Below, one piece after another: positions 8,516 through 17,447 of a stretch of DNA of 36,439 nt. Location: IMG/VR virus record IMGVR_UViG_3300025082_000003, one strand, 5' to 3'. Position numbers and translations under genes: made by a program. The stretch is from a virus. The notes beneath the pieces are model-generated. The model was not told the DNA's origin. It did not search any database and was given only the letters and a program-made list of their open reading frames with translations. Every line of letters begins with the position of its first letter. The first letter of the stretch is position 1.

Positions 8516-9102
8516 TATTTATCACTTCATATGACAGACCTAAAATGTTGCTTCGATTACTAAAAGAGTTGCAAGGTGAAAAAGTGGTTGTTATAGATGA
8601 TGGCAGTTCGTATGACCCTGATGAGCATTTAGAATATTGCGAATATTACAGAGTGTCACACAAAGGGAAAAGTGGTTTCTGGGTTAATTGGAACTTCATG
8701 TTAGAACTCGCTAAAGAATCAAACGATAATGAGTTTATATTTTTACCCGATGATATTTATGATTTTGATATACAAAGGTTGAGGAAAGACTATACTGAAG
8801 GCGCTTTGAATGTGTTAGATGTAGGCGCTGACAGAGGGTGGGCGCCTAAAGGGTATGTAGATTGTGGATTCATATGTGATAGAAAAGTTTTAGAGGCTTT
8901 ACAGTGGAGATTAGAACCTGTACACATTAACAGGTTTGATAATCCTAATATTTCAAGTGGCGTAGGTCAACAAATGAGCTTTAGATTGTGGATGAAGGGA
9001 ATACCGATGTATCTTAATGGTAATTACGCTAAACACGGCACCCATGAGTCTAAGATGCATAAAGAAGAGCGCTTAAAGAATCCATTATGTACGACCCTGT
9101 AA
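8512..9102 (+). CDS. Glycosyltransferase, GT-A/GT2-like (track start 8482; ATG 8512 gives an ATGA overlap)
   Basis: N-terminal IFITSYDRP, then VIDDGSS and a later acidic PDD motif. Confidence 0.6.
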   Translation: MIFITSYDRPKMLLRLLKELQGEKVVVIDDGSSYDPDEHLEYCEYYRVSHKGKSGFWVNWNFMLELAKESNDNEFIFLPDDIYDFDIQRLRKDYTEGALNVLDVGADRGWAPKGYVDCGFICDRKVLEALQWRLEPVHINRFDNPNISSGVGQQMSFRLWMKGIPMYLNGNYAKHGTHESKMHKEERLKNPLCTTL

Positions 9103-9584
9103 AATATTGGAGTAAGAGAACTAACCCTAACAGATACGACACATTACAAACTTGGGATTTAAAAGTGTTAAAACCTTTATGCAATGAAGCTCAAACTATA
9201 CTAGACTATGGATCTGGAAACGGTAGGACATTCTCACTATACAAAGGTAAAGATGTAACCTGTTTTGATATAACAGATATTCATTTAGATGTATTAAAGT
9301 TAAAATCCGATATAAATACCCTATCATCATTCGTTTTTATAAAAGATAAGCCGTTAGAAGGGAAATTTGACATAGGTATATTAAATAAAGTACTATTACA
9401 TGAAGAAAACCCTGAATATATTATAGAAACGGTTAGTAATGTTTGTGATAAAGTGTTTATATCAACGGGTATAAATTGTGATTCAGGGCATTGTTTTGAC
9501 CACGACTATAAAAAACTATTAAAAGATTATGATATAATGGAATGGGATTTAACAGGTAATGATTTAACGATAGTGATATGTTAA
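9087..9584 (+). CDS. Class I SAM-dependent methyltransferase
   Basis: Motif I ILDYGSGNGR, acidic FD after beta-2 and post-I ILNKVLLH. Confidence 0.7.
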   Translation: MYDPVKYWSKRTNPNRYDTLQTWDLKVLKPLCNEAQTILDYGSGNGRTFSLYKGKDVTCFDITDIHLDVLKLKSDINTLSSFVFIKDKPLEGKFDIGILNKVLLHEENPEYIIETVSNVCDKVFISTGINCDSGHCFDHDYKKLLKDYDIMEWDLTGNDLTIVIC

Positions 9585-10225
9585 TTACAGCTAATTTCGC
9601 AACTTGGAGCGCTAGAAAGGGGTGGATAGATAAAGCCGTTAGCTCAATTATAGATCAGGTTGATATAGTTAGGGTGTATTATAACGACTACGCGCCTAAA
9701 AAAAGAAATGATATTATTCAATACACAGGCGAAGATTTAACCGATAGAGGTAAGTTTTACGGTATAGGAAAAGGAGAAATAGCGTTTACATGTGATGATG
9801 ATTTATTATATCCACCTGATTACGTGGAATCTACTTTAGAAAGAATGAAAGAATATCCTAATTGTGTTGTAAGCTATCACGGTCGTAAACTGAAAGGTAA
9901 AGGGCTTAATTATTACAGAGGTCATGAAACATATCACTGTTTACAGCCATTGTCATTCGATAAAACCATAGATGTGGGTGGTACGGGGGTAATGGCTTTC
10001 AATACCAATGATATATTACCCGATGTTTGTTCGTATAGTCAGCAAAAGATGTCAGATATACTAATGGGATTAGAGTGCAAAAAGAAAGGTATAAAATCCA
10101 TATGCCTTAAACATAATTTCGGATGGTTGCAAGTATTAACAAATGTAAAGTCTATTTATAACGACCAAGTCATGAATTGCGACGAGCAGAACAGGTTAGC
10201 TGACGAAATATTTTTATTTAATTGA
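9578..10225 (+). CDS. Glycosyltransferase-like protein (GT-A with DDD motif)
   Basis: IAFTCDDDLLYPPDY is DxD-type. The overall layout matches small phage glycosyltransferases. Confidence 0.55.
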   Translation: MLITANFATWSARKGWIDKAVSSIIDQVDIVRVYYNDYAPKKRNDIIQYTGEDLTDRGKFYGIGKGEIAFTCDDDLLYPPDYVESTLERMKEYPNCVVSYHGRKLKGKGLNYYRGHETYHCLQPLSFDKTIDVGGTGVMAFNTNDILPDVCSYSQQKMSDILMGLECKKKGIKSICLKHNFGWLQVLTNVKSIYNDQVMNCDEQNRLADEIFLFN

Positions 10226-10283
10226 TATATTGGTATATATCAGTTTCATTTCGTATTTTATAGCCGAAACTAAGATTAAAATC

Positions 10284-10979
10284 ATGTATAAACAGCTCTC
10301 GCACGAAATAAAAGATATTGATGAACAGGGAATAGTTACGGCTTACGCTAATGTATACAATGTTGAAGATTCAGATGGAGATATCTCAGCACAGGGTAGC
10401 TTTAGAAAGACAGCGACGGAGCAACGTAAAAGAATACGTGTTTTAAAAGACCACAATCCTACACAATCATTAGGAGTTCCGATTGAGATTAACCCCGATG
10501 ACCCGAAAGGATTATTAACCGTAACAAAGTTTAATCTTAAAAAAGATTTAGCAAAAGATATGTTTACGGATATTAAATTATACATGGAGCACGGTCTTAA
10601 TGCAGAGTTATCTATTGGATACAGCGTACAGAAAAGAAATACAGACGATCCGAGAATAATTGAGGAGTATAAACTCTTTGAGTATTCGTTTTTAACGGGA
10701 TGGGCTGCTAACGAACTTTCAACCGTTACAGGTATTAAAAACGATGTGCCTAACGGTATTAAATCCCATTACGCGATATTAGAACTTATTACTAAAGCTT
10801 ATGACATGGACTATTCAGATTCACGTCTAAAGCAGATTGAAACTTTATTGATTTCACTTACTCAGGAGCCAGAGCAAAGCCACTACTCTAAAAGTCAAGC
10901 CGAAAAAATATCAGAAGTATTCAATTCATTTAACAAAAAATCAAAAATTGAAGGAATTTTCAATGAGTACAGAGATTAA
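10284..10979 (+). CDS. Prohead protease (HK97 / S78 family)
   Basis: Segments AYANVYNVEDSDGDISAQGSF and VLKDHN..SLG, placed just before the capsid gene. The track start 10230 is probably too early. Confidence 0.85.
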   Translation: MYKQLSHEIKDIDEQGIVTAYANVYNVEDSDGDISAQGSFRKTATEQRKRIRVLKDHNPTQSLGVPIEINPDDPKGLLTVTKFNLKKDLAKDMFTDIKLYMEHGLNAELSIGYSVQKRNTDDPRIIEEYKLFEYSFLTGWAANELSTVTGIKNDVPNGIKSHYAILELITKAYDMDYSDSRLKQIETLLISLTQEPEQSHYSKSQAEKISEVFNSFNKKSKIEGIFNEYRD

Positions 10980-12234
10980 AGAACAAGATGTAGCTGAAGT
11001 TCTTGAAAAAGGACTTGACAGCGTAAAAGCAAAGATTGATACCGATATAAAACGAGTAGAATCGGATATTGAAAACTTGCAAGAAAAAATGAACGAGCAA
11101 GCTAAGAGTTCGGGAGATGTTGAATCTTCTCTAAAAACTCAACTAGCTAATGCTGAAAAAACTATCACAAGTTTAAAAGAGCGCCAAGATGCTTTTGAAA
11201 CTCAGAACGGGCGCTTAGGTGCTAAGGCAGAGCAAAAAGGATTCGGTGAATTGCTTAGAAAAGGACTAGAGGACAATGCTACTAAGCTAAAAGCCTTTAA
11301 AGACAATCGTTCGCCAATTTCTATGGAGCTAAAAACTCTTATGAATACTAAAGCGACTATGACTGAGGCTGATAACCTTACAGGAACCGTGATTGATCCA
11401 ACTAGAGTACCGGGCGTTAAGTATGATCCAGAACGAAGACAGCGTATTAGACAGTTCTTACCACAGGGCACTACTAACAGTAATGCAATTTGGTATGTTC
11501 AAGAAACGGCATTTACTGACAATACAAATGTTGTAGCTGAGGGAGCCTTAAAGCCAGAGAATGATTTGGATTTAGAGCAGAAATCAGCAGCGGTTACTAA
11601 GATTGCGGCTCACTTTGATGTATCTGAGGAAATGTTAGACGATATTTCTTATCTAGCTTCTCACATATCTCTAAGAGGTACTGATAAGTATTACAACAAA
11701 GAAGATCAGCAGTTACTTTATGGTACAGGGCTATCTAATCAGTTGGAAGGTCTTACTGTGAGTTCTACGGATTACGCTTTGGATGAGTACACAGGCGACT
11801 CAAACGCTCAGGAGTATGATATCCTACTTGAAGCACATAAGCAGTTGCGCAACCAAAACTACATGCCGACAGCTAACTTGGTTTCTATTGATAGATACTT
11901 TCAGTTATTGAGACGTAAAGATACCGATGGAAGATATATCCTTCCTCCGGGCGTAACATTTGATAACGGTGTTATCCGTGTGATGGGGACTCCTATCATT
12001 GCTAGTAATGCACTATCAGATGACGACTTCTTAGTTGCTGACTTCCCGATGTTAACTACACTGTTCGACAGATCGGGTGTTAATGTTAGGTTCTACGATC
12101 AGAACGAAGATAACGCTGTTAAAAACCTTGTAACGGTAGTGATTGAAGGTAGGCTTGCTTTACCTACTTACTTGCCGAATGCAGGTCGATATGGCGACTT
12201 TAGCACTGCGATTACGAACGCAGGAAACAGCTAG
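10963..12234 (+). CDS. Major capsid protein, HK97 fold, with N-terminal coiled-coil delta/scaffold domain
   Basis: About 100 aa of K/E coiled coil is followed by a capsid-like body. It is preceded by the protease and followed by a strong hairpin. Confidence 0.9.
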   Translation: MSTEIKEQDVAEVLEKGLDSVKAKIDTDIKRVESDIENLQEKMNEQAKSSGDVESSLKTQLANAEKTITSLKERQDAFETQNGRLGAKAEQKGFGELLRKGLEDNATKLKAFKDNRSPISMELKTLMNTKATMTEADNLTGTVIDPTRVPGVKYDPERRQRIRQFLPQGTTNSNAIWYVQETAFTDNTNVVAEGALKPENDLDLEQKSAAVTKIAAHFDVSEEMLDDISYLASHISLRGTDKYYNKEDQQLLYGTGLSNQLEGLTVSSTDYALDEYTGDSNAQEYDILLEAHKQLRNQNYMPTANLVSIDRYFQLLRRKDTDGRYILPPGVTFDNGVIRVMGTPIIASNALSDDDFLVADFPMLTTLFDRSGVNVRFYDQNEDNAVKNLVTVVIEGRLALPTYLPNAGRYGDFSTAITNAGNS

Positions 12235-12259
12235 AAATAGCTCAGGAAACTTGGAGTTT

Positions 12260-12282
12260 AAGAGAGGTTCGATTCCTCTCTT
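12260..12282 (+). terminator. Hairpin after the capsid gene (AAGAGAGG-TTCGATT-CCTCTCTT)
   Basis: A perfect 8-bp stem with a 7-nt loop, 26 nt after the capsid gene stop. Confidence 0.5.
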
Positions 12283-12306
12283 TCCTCAACACTTAAATAC
12301 AATGCT

Positions 12307-12528
12307 ATGAAAGTTAAATTTAACGAAATAACGTACTACAAAGGCAAACATTACAACGAAGGCGACTCTATAAACGTAGACAGCCGTATTGGTGGTGCGT
12401 GGATTCAAACAGGAAAAGCAAATGAAGTATCTAGCAAAAAGACCGTTCGCTCATCCAAGCGAAAACAGGCTGACTCAGATGGGGGAGAGATTAATATTCC
12501 CAGAGACGATAGCAAAAAAGATGATTGA
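12307..12528 (+). CDS. Small head-associated protein, paralog 1
   Basis: MKVKF...GDSINVDSRIGGAWIQTGKANEV. The C-terminal low-complexity tail overlaps the next gene in another frame. Confidence 0.45.
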   Translation: MKVKFNEITYYKGKHYNEGDSINVDSRIGGAWIQTGKANEVSSKKTVRSSKRKQADSDGGEINIPRDDSKKDD

Positions 12529-12697
12529 AAAAGGGCTTATAACAACGGCTTATAAGACTAAGGAAGATAAAGAAGCTACTAAGATTTTAAAAAAGTCAAA
12601 GGATTTATCTCTTAATCAAGTTGCAGAATGGGTTTCGGTAGGTAAAGAATTAGACTTTAAAGGCGATAACAGAAAAGGAGTTGAGCAATACAAATGA
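12422..12697 (+). CDS. Small head-associated protein, paralog 2 (track start GTG 12389)
   Basis: MKYLAKRPF...GERLIFPETIAKKMIEKGLITTAYK repeats the pattern of the preceding ORF. Confidence 0.5.
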   Translation: MKYLAKRPFAHPSENRLTQMGERLIFPETIAKKMIEKGLITTAYKTKEDKEATKILKKSKDLSLNQVAEWVSVGKELDFKGDNRKGVEQYK

Positions 12698-13251
12698 CAT
12701 CTTCCATGAAAAGTGTAAATCATGGTAATAACATCTTGGAAAAGATTACCTTTTCTGATAAGGGAGATATGCCTATTACTATTCTTGAAGCTAAAGAATG
12801 GTTGCGTAGGCAAGGTCAAGGTTGCGAAGATGATATCGTTGAAAGCCTGATTGAAGATGTTATTGATGAAATGGAAGTTATAACAAACAGCTCTTTAGTT
12901 TCTCAAACTATTACGGCTGTTTATGAGACGTACGGAGACACGATAAGCCTTCCGTATTCTCCTGTATCTGCCATTACAAGTGTTAAAACGCTATATAAAG
13001 GCGTTGAAACCACATTAACAGCCAGTACGGATTACTATTTACAGGGCGACACACTTTATATGTTGAATGTAGGATATACAGGATTAGAAGTTGTTTATAC
13101 TTCAGGTGGTTACTTTCCTAATGGATTAAGAAACGCTGTATATCAGGCAATACTTACTAATTATAATGATCGTGAAGATAATGTATTAGGTGGTGTTACT
13201 AAGGTGCCTAATAATTCCAGAAGAAAAGCGCTTAGATATAAGAGGTACTAA
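12694..13251 (+). CDS. Head-tail connector (gp6-like)
   Basis: ITILEAKEWLR...DDIVESLIEDVIDEMEVITNSSLVSQT is a typical N-terminal signature. Confidence 0.7.
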   Translation: MTSSMKSVNHGNNILEKITFSDKGDMPITILEAKEWLRRQGQGCEDDIVESLIEDVIDEMEVITNSSLVSQTITAVYETYGDTISLPYSPVSAITSVKTLYKGVETTLTASTDYYLQGDTLYMLNVGYTGLEVVYTSGGYFPNGLRNAVYQAILTNYNDREDNVLGGVTKVPNNSRRKALRYKRY

Positions 13252-13619
13252 TGATAACTAAGGCTAAAAAAAAGCACACGGGAGATTTTAAGCAATGGGT
13301 ATCGTTTGAATATGTTACCAATACTAGCGATAGCATGGGTGGTGGTACTGAATCTTGGACTCATTTAACCGAGGACTGGGTTAACATTATCCCTTTATCA
13401 GCCTCGCAACGGTTGCAGATGGGTGCTCAGGGCGTTGGTACTACGCATAGAATCCAATTAAGATACAGAGATGATTTAGATGCTTTGGGGTATGCTCGGG
13501 GAGAGTATGACAATTTACTCAGAATGATATATGGCACTCGTAATTTTAATATCCAGTATGTGATAAACGAATATGAAGAAGGGTATTATTTCGAAATGGC
13601 TGCGGAGGAATGGGTATGA
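13251..13619 (+). CDS. Head closure / head-tail joining protein
   Basis: W..VNIIPLSASQ...THRIQLRYRDD pattern and synteny. Confidence 0.7.
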   Translation: MITKAKKKHTGDFKQWVSFEYVTNTSDSMGGGTESWTHLTEDWVNIIPLSASQRLQMGAQGVGTTHRIQLRYRDDLDALGYARGEYDNLLRMIYGTRNFNIQYVINEYEEGYYFEMAAEEWV

Positions 13620-14125
13620 GTTTTACCGTAGAAATGAGAGGAATTAACGCAGTTGTAAGAGACTTAAAAAAACTCGGGCACGATGTAGGTGAAGAAACAG
13701 ACAAGGCTATGGGATATTCAGCTCGGGTTATAGAAAGAGATGCTAAAAAAAATGTAGATGTAGATACGGGAGATTTAAGGGCGTCTATACATTTGGTTGA
13801 TAAATTTTTGGAGAAAGAAGTAAAGACCGATAAAACACACGCGCCATTTGTAGAGTTTGGAACTAAATCAAAAGTAGATATACCTTCAGGGTTAGAGTCT
13901 TATGCAATGCAATTTAAATCAAGCGGTGGTAATTTTGCTGATTTATTAGAGTCTATAAAAGGGTGGTGTTCGAGAAAAGGAATAGATAAAGAGTTTGCTT
14001 ATCCGATAGCTTTAAAGATAGCACAAAACGGGGTAAGTGCGAGACCATTTTTATTCCCTGCGTATAGAAAAGAGATACCAAACCTTGAAAAGAAACTTGA
14101 AAGAATAGTGAGTAAAGCGAGATGA
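13610..14125 (+). CDS. HK97 gp10-like tail-attachment protein
   Basis: IERDAKKNVDVDTGDLRASIH motif. Confidence 0.75.
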   Translation: MGMSFTVEMRGINAVVRDLKKLGHDVGEETDKAMGYSARVIERDAKKNVDVDTGDLRASIHLVDKFLEKEVKTDKTHAPFVEFGTKSKVDIPSGLESYAMQFKSSGGNFADLLESIKGWCSRKGIDKEFAYPIALKIAQNGVSARPFLFPAYRKEIPNLEKKLERIVSKAR

Positions 14126-14553
14126 ACGATGTAAAACAATCTTTGCAAACAGCTTACTATGCTTTATTGAATGGTAATATAACTTATTCGAGTACGGCGG
14201 TGCCTGTTTATGATGTTATGAATGTTCCGCAGTCTCCTGATTATCCTCATATACTGATAACGGATTACACTCAGGTTGATGATAGCGATAAAAGCAGTTT
14301 CGGGGAAGAGATAACGGTTGATATTGAGATTATAGACAGAGCCGAACAAAGAGCAAGCAGGGCGGGATTGTTTTCAATAGTAAATCAGATTAAAAACATT
14401 ATACGAGTACGACCTGAGGCTTTTGATGTTTCGGGTTGGAACATATTCAATACAAACTTAGACACAGAAATTACAATCCCTAAAGAGTTCGATGGAAACT
14501 ACATTTATTTTGGGTCTCGAATTACCTTTAGACATTCAATAGAAGAACTTTAA
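14122..14553 (+). CDS. Tail terminator/completion protein (DUF3168-like)
   Basis: Synteny and N-terminal pattern L..ALLNGN....VPVYD..P....PHILI. Confidence 0.55.
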   Translation: MNDVKQSLQTAYYALLNGNITYSSTAVPVYDVMNVPQSPDYPHILITDYTQVDDSDKSSFGEEITVDIEIIDRAEQRASRAGLFSIVNQIKNIIRVRPEAFDVSGWNIFNTNLDTEITIPKEFDGNYIYFGSRITFRHSIEEL

Positions 14554-14571
14554 CCACTAAATAACACAATC

Positions 14572-15000
14572 ATGGCAAAATTTAACGGAACAGCAATCAT
14601 ACTAGATGCAGACGGCTCGGCTGTCGCTCATGTTGAAAATGCAACATTAACAATTAACAGAGAACTACCAGAAGCGAACGATAAAGACTCCGCTCCGTGG
14701 GCTGATCATTTAGATGAGGCAGGTTTAATGGATTGGGAAATTTCATTCGATGGTAATGCAGATTGGAGCCAAACAACTGGAAATGTGGAAACACTATTCG
14801 ATTTGTTGGTTGCTAGAACTGCGGTAACTACTATTTTCGGCATTGATCCTGCAGAAGTCACTGGATTAAGCGTTGGATTAGCTTTCTCGGGTAGTGCTTC
14901 ATACAATAGCGTAGAACTTGGCGCACCTGTTGAAGAAACGGCTCCAATTTCAGGTACAGCGGTAGGAAAAGGAATACTTAACAAAATAGCTAATTCATAA
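14572..15000 (+). CDS. Major tail protein (TP901-1/phi13-like)
   Basis: NDKDSAPWADHL..GLMDWEISFDGNADW pattern, and its position before the chaperones and tape measure. Confidence 0.75.
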   Translation: MAKFNGTAIILDADGSAVAHVENATLTINRELPEANDKDSAPWADHLDEAGLMDWEISFDGNADWSQTTGNVETLFDLLVARTAVTTIFGIDPAEVTGLSVGLAFSGSASYNSVELGAPVEETAPISGTAVGKGILNKIANS

Positions 15001-15308
15001 TGAAAGGCAAACAAACCGTACATCTTAAAGGAAAAGACATTGAGCTATCGTTTACCGTTGGAGCAATGGAAGATTTTCAAGAGTATCTAAAATCTGAAGG
15101 CGTTGAAGGTGGGCTTGATGATGCTATTTCTGAAATGAAATATTTCCGAAAGCTCATAGAGATACTTACTGATTATGCAGGGAATAAAGTAGATGCTTCA
15201 GAATTTAAGTATTTAGAGTTCTCTGAGATTAGTAAAGTTACTCAGTTAATGACTTCAGCGACAGAGAATATAACGGTGGGAAACGAACAAAAGGCAAAGG
15301 GGAAATAG
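15000..15308 (+). CDS. Tail assembly chaperone (G-like)
   Basis: Acidic 102-aa ORF between the tail tube and tape measure genes. Confidence 0.7.
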   Translation: MKGKQTVHLKGKDIELSFTVGAMEDFQEYLKSEGVEGGLDDAISEMKYFRKLIEILTDYAGNKVDASEFKYLEFSEISKVTQLMTSATENITVGNEQKAKGK

Positions 15309-15616
15309 ACCTTAACGAGGTTTATAAACTTTGTCTCGGTCGTTTTGGTCTTTCTTATAATGAGGCTCGTAATATCTCGATGTGGGAGTTTTACACTAAG
15401 TTAAATTACTATATAGAGTTAAAGCAGGAAAAGCTATTTGAATATCAGATACTAACTGCAATAGCTTTAAATCCTCATACTAAGAAGCCTTTAAATCCTG
15501 ATAAGTTAATACCTATAAAAGGGCAAGTTAAAAACGAGTTAACCCCTGAACAGCGAAAACAGAACATTGAAAACTTAATGAGGTTATATAGACGTGGCAA
15601 ACGCTCTGAATGTTAA
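15299..15616 (+). CDS. Tail assembly chaperone extension (T-like), reached by a -1 frameshift from 15000..15308
   Basis: The -1 frame is open from 15236 with no start codon until 15380. The G-rich slip site GGGGAAA at 15299-15305 abuts the TAG stop. The product carries the LGRFGLSYNEARNISMWEF motif. Confidence 0.6.
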   Translation, partial: GEIDLNEVYKLCLGRFGLSYNEARNISMWEFYTKLNYYIELKQEKLFEYQILTAIALNPHTKKPLNPDKLIPIKGQVKNELTPEQRKQNIENLMRLYRRGKRSEC

Positions 15617-17447
15617 AATAGGTGGAGATATAAGCGAGCTTGAAAAAGCCCTTAGTCAAGCCGTGTCTAAAATTAAGAATGCAGGTAAGCAGGTAACAAG
15701 TGTTGGTAAAACGCTTACAGCCTCGATAACGGCTCCGCTTACAGCTATCGGGGTTGCCTCACTTAAAACGGCTGCGGATTTTGAGACCCTTCAACAATCC
15801 ATGAACTCGTTAAACGGCTCGGTTGAAGAGGGTACTAGAAACTTTAGGAGACTAAAGGAATTTAGTGCAGGAACTCCGTTTCAATTACAGGATTTAGCCA
15901 AAGCCCAGAATATGCTTCAGGGTTTTGGGTTAAGCGCTGATGATGCTTTCGATTCTCTTTCCATGATTGGAGATATTGCGGCTATATCAGGCGGCTCGAT
16001 TGACGGCATCGGTATTGCTTTCGGTCAAGCTGCTGCGGAAGGTCGTTTAATGACTCAGGATATACGACAGCTTATCAATCAAGGCGTGCCTGCTATCAAG
16101 TTACTAGCTAGTACTATGAATGTAGCTGAGTCCGATGTACTGGATTTAGCTTCACAGGGTAAAATTAGCTTTGAAATACTTCAACAATCTTTCAGGGATG
16201 CCACTTCAGAAGGCGGTATGTTTGCTAACGGGATGGAGCAACAATCTAAGACGTTGAACGGATTATTTTCTACCTTAAAAGACAATGTATCTATTGCAAT
16301 GGCTGAAATAGGAAATTCTATTGCGGATGCTATGAATTTAAGAGAAGTAATACCTGCAATGATTGAAAGAATAAAGGGTGTTACGGAGTGGTTTAAGAGC
16401 TTGTCAAAAGAAGCTAAAACGACAATGGTTAATATAGTTCGGGCTATTGCTTTGGTTGGACCGTCTTTAGTTGCTTTGGGTGCTACAATTACAGGAATAG
16501 GTATTGCTATATCTTTGCTTACATCCCCTATTACATTAGTGGTTGGTGCAATCGCAGGATTGGTAACGGCTATCATTTACATGAGGGATAACTGGGAAGC
16601 TGTAACAGAGCGTATGAGTGATTGGGGTTGGTGGCGCAATATGTTGGTTGATATGGCGCAATTCTTAATTGAGTATTCTCCTATTTCATTACTAATTAAG
16701 CAGGTTAATATGTTGCTTAGGTTTCTTGATGTTACAGAGATACCTAACGTATTTGAAGGTATAGCGGATTCGCTTGAAGGGCTAAAAGTAGAAACGAAAG
16801 AGTACGAGAATGAATTTGGAAGCCTAAAAGATGCTTTCTTAAATACGTTCAAAGAATTTACGGGTATTGATTTAGGCAATATGTTCACCCCTGTAAAAGA
16901 AGGTGCTGAGATTGCTAAAGTAGCCGTTCAAACAGTAAGCGATAGTACAGGCGTGTTAGCTCTCAATCTTCAGGATTACTACGTCAAAACAAGAGATTCA
17001 GCTAGAAAAGCAAGCGAGGAAATAAGCAATGCCTCAATGTTTGCCATGAGTGTTGCTAATGAGTTTACTAATTCATTCGGTCAGGGAATGGCTAATGTAG
17101 TTGTTCAGGGCGAAAGATTGGTTGATGTGCTTAAAAACATAGGTAGATTGTTAGCGAGTTCAATTATTCAAAAAGCCTTATCCGTATTCCTCACGGGTGG
17201 CTTGGGTGGTGATGGATTCTTTGGCTCGGGTGGTGGATTGTTTGGTAAGATATTTGGTGTAAATGATGCTTTAATAACATCGGGCGGTGACGTGGTTAAA
17301 TTTCATCCTGATGATAACATATTAGCCATGAAAGACTTTTCAAACCTAAATACAGGCGGAATGCAAAGAGTTGAAGTGTTTGGATCGTTAAACGGTCAGG
17401 ATTTATTTATTAGCTCTAATCGTGGTTCTAAAACATACGAAAGATAA
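15594..17447 (+). CDS. Tape measure protein
   Basis: 617 aa, Ala/Gly/Ile-rich with central TM-like segments, in the canonical position. Confidence 0.85.
   Translation: MANALNVKIGGDISELEKALSQAVSKIKNAGKQVTSVGKTLTASITAPLTAIGVASLKTAADFETLQQSMNSLNGSVEEGTRNFRRLKEFSAGTPFQLQDLAKAQNMLQGFGLSADDAFDSLSMIGDIAAISGGSIDGIGIAFGQAAAEGRLMTQDIRQLINQGVPAIKLLASTMNVAESDVLDLASQGKISFEILQQSFRDATSEGGMFANGMEQQSKTLNGLFSTLKDNVSIAMAEIGNSIADAMNLREVIPAMIERIKGVTEWFKSLSKEAKTTMVNIVRAIALVGPSLVALGATITGIGIAISLLTSPITLVVGAIAGLVTAIIYMRDNWEAVTERMSDWGWWRNMLVDMAQFLIEYSPISLLIKQVNMLLRFLDVTEIPNVFEGIADSLEGLKVETKEYENEFGSLKDAFLNTFKEFTGIDLGNMFTPVKEGAEIAKVAVQTVSDSTGVLALNLQDYYVKTRDSARKASEEISNASMFAMSVANEFTNSFGQGMANVVVQGERLVDVLKNIGRLLASSIIQKALSVFLTGGLGGDGFFGSGGGLFGKIFGVNDALITSGGDVVKFHPDDNILAMKDFSNLNTGGMQRVEVFGSLNGQDLFISSNRGSKTYER

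Noticed and set aside
12222-12287. Possible tRNA: T-arm-like hairpin GAGG-TTCGATT-CCTC with an AGGAAAC/CTTTCCT acceptor-like pairing
   Set aside because: The span is only about 66 nt, it has no D-arm or 7-nt anticodon loop, and the 5' part overlaps the capsid stop codon. A post-capsid terminator hairpin explains it better.
16181-16888. Antisense ORFs of 60-131 aa within long genes. This example lies in the tape measure gene. Others include 5662..5883, 7172..7744, 10343..10585, 11202..11471, 14706..15023, 17403..17690, 19657..20340, 21965..22361, 26255..26756, 27294..27572, 30067..30279, 32489..32811, 34512..34763 and 35538..36290
   Set aside because: Each is fully embedded antisense, or out of frame, in a better-supported gene. 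They have hydrophobic or low-complexity compositions. The pair at 19657..20340 merely mirrors the tandem duplication, and 29602..29784 and 36169..36384 mirror the 186-bp repeat.
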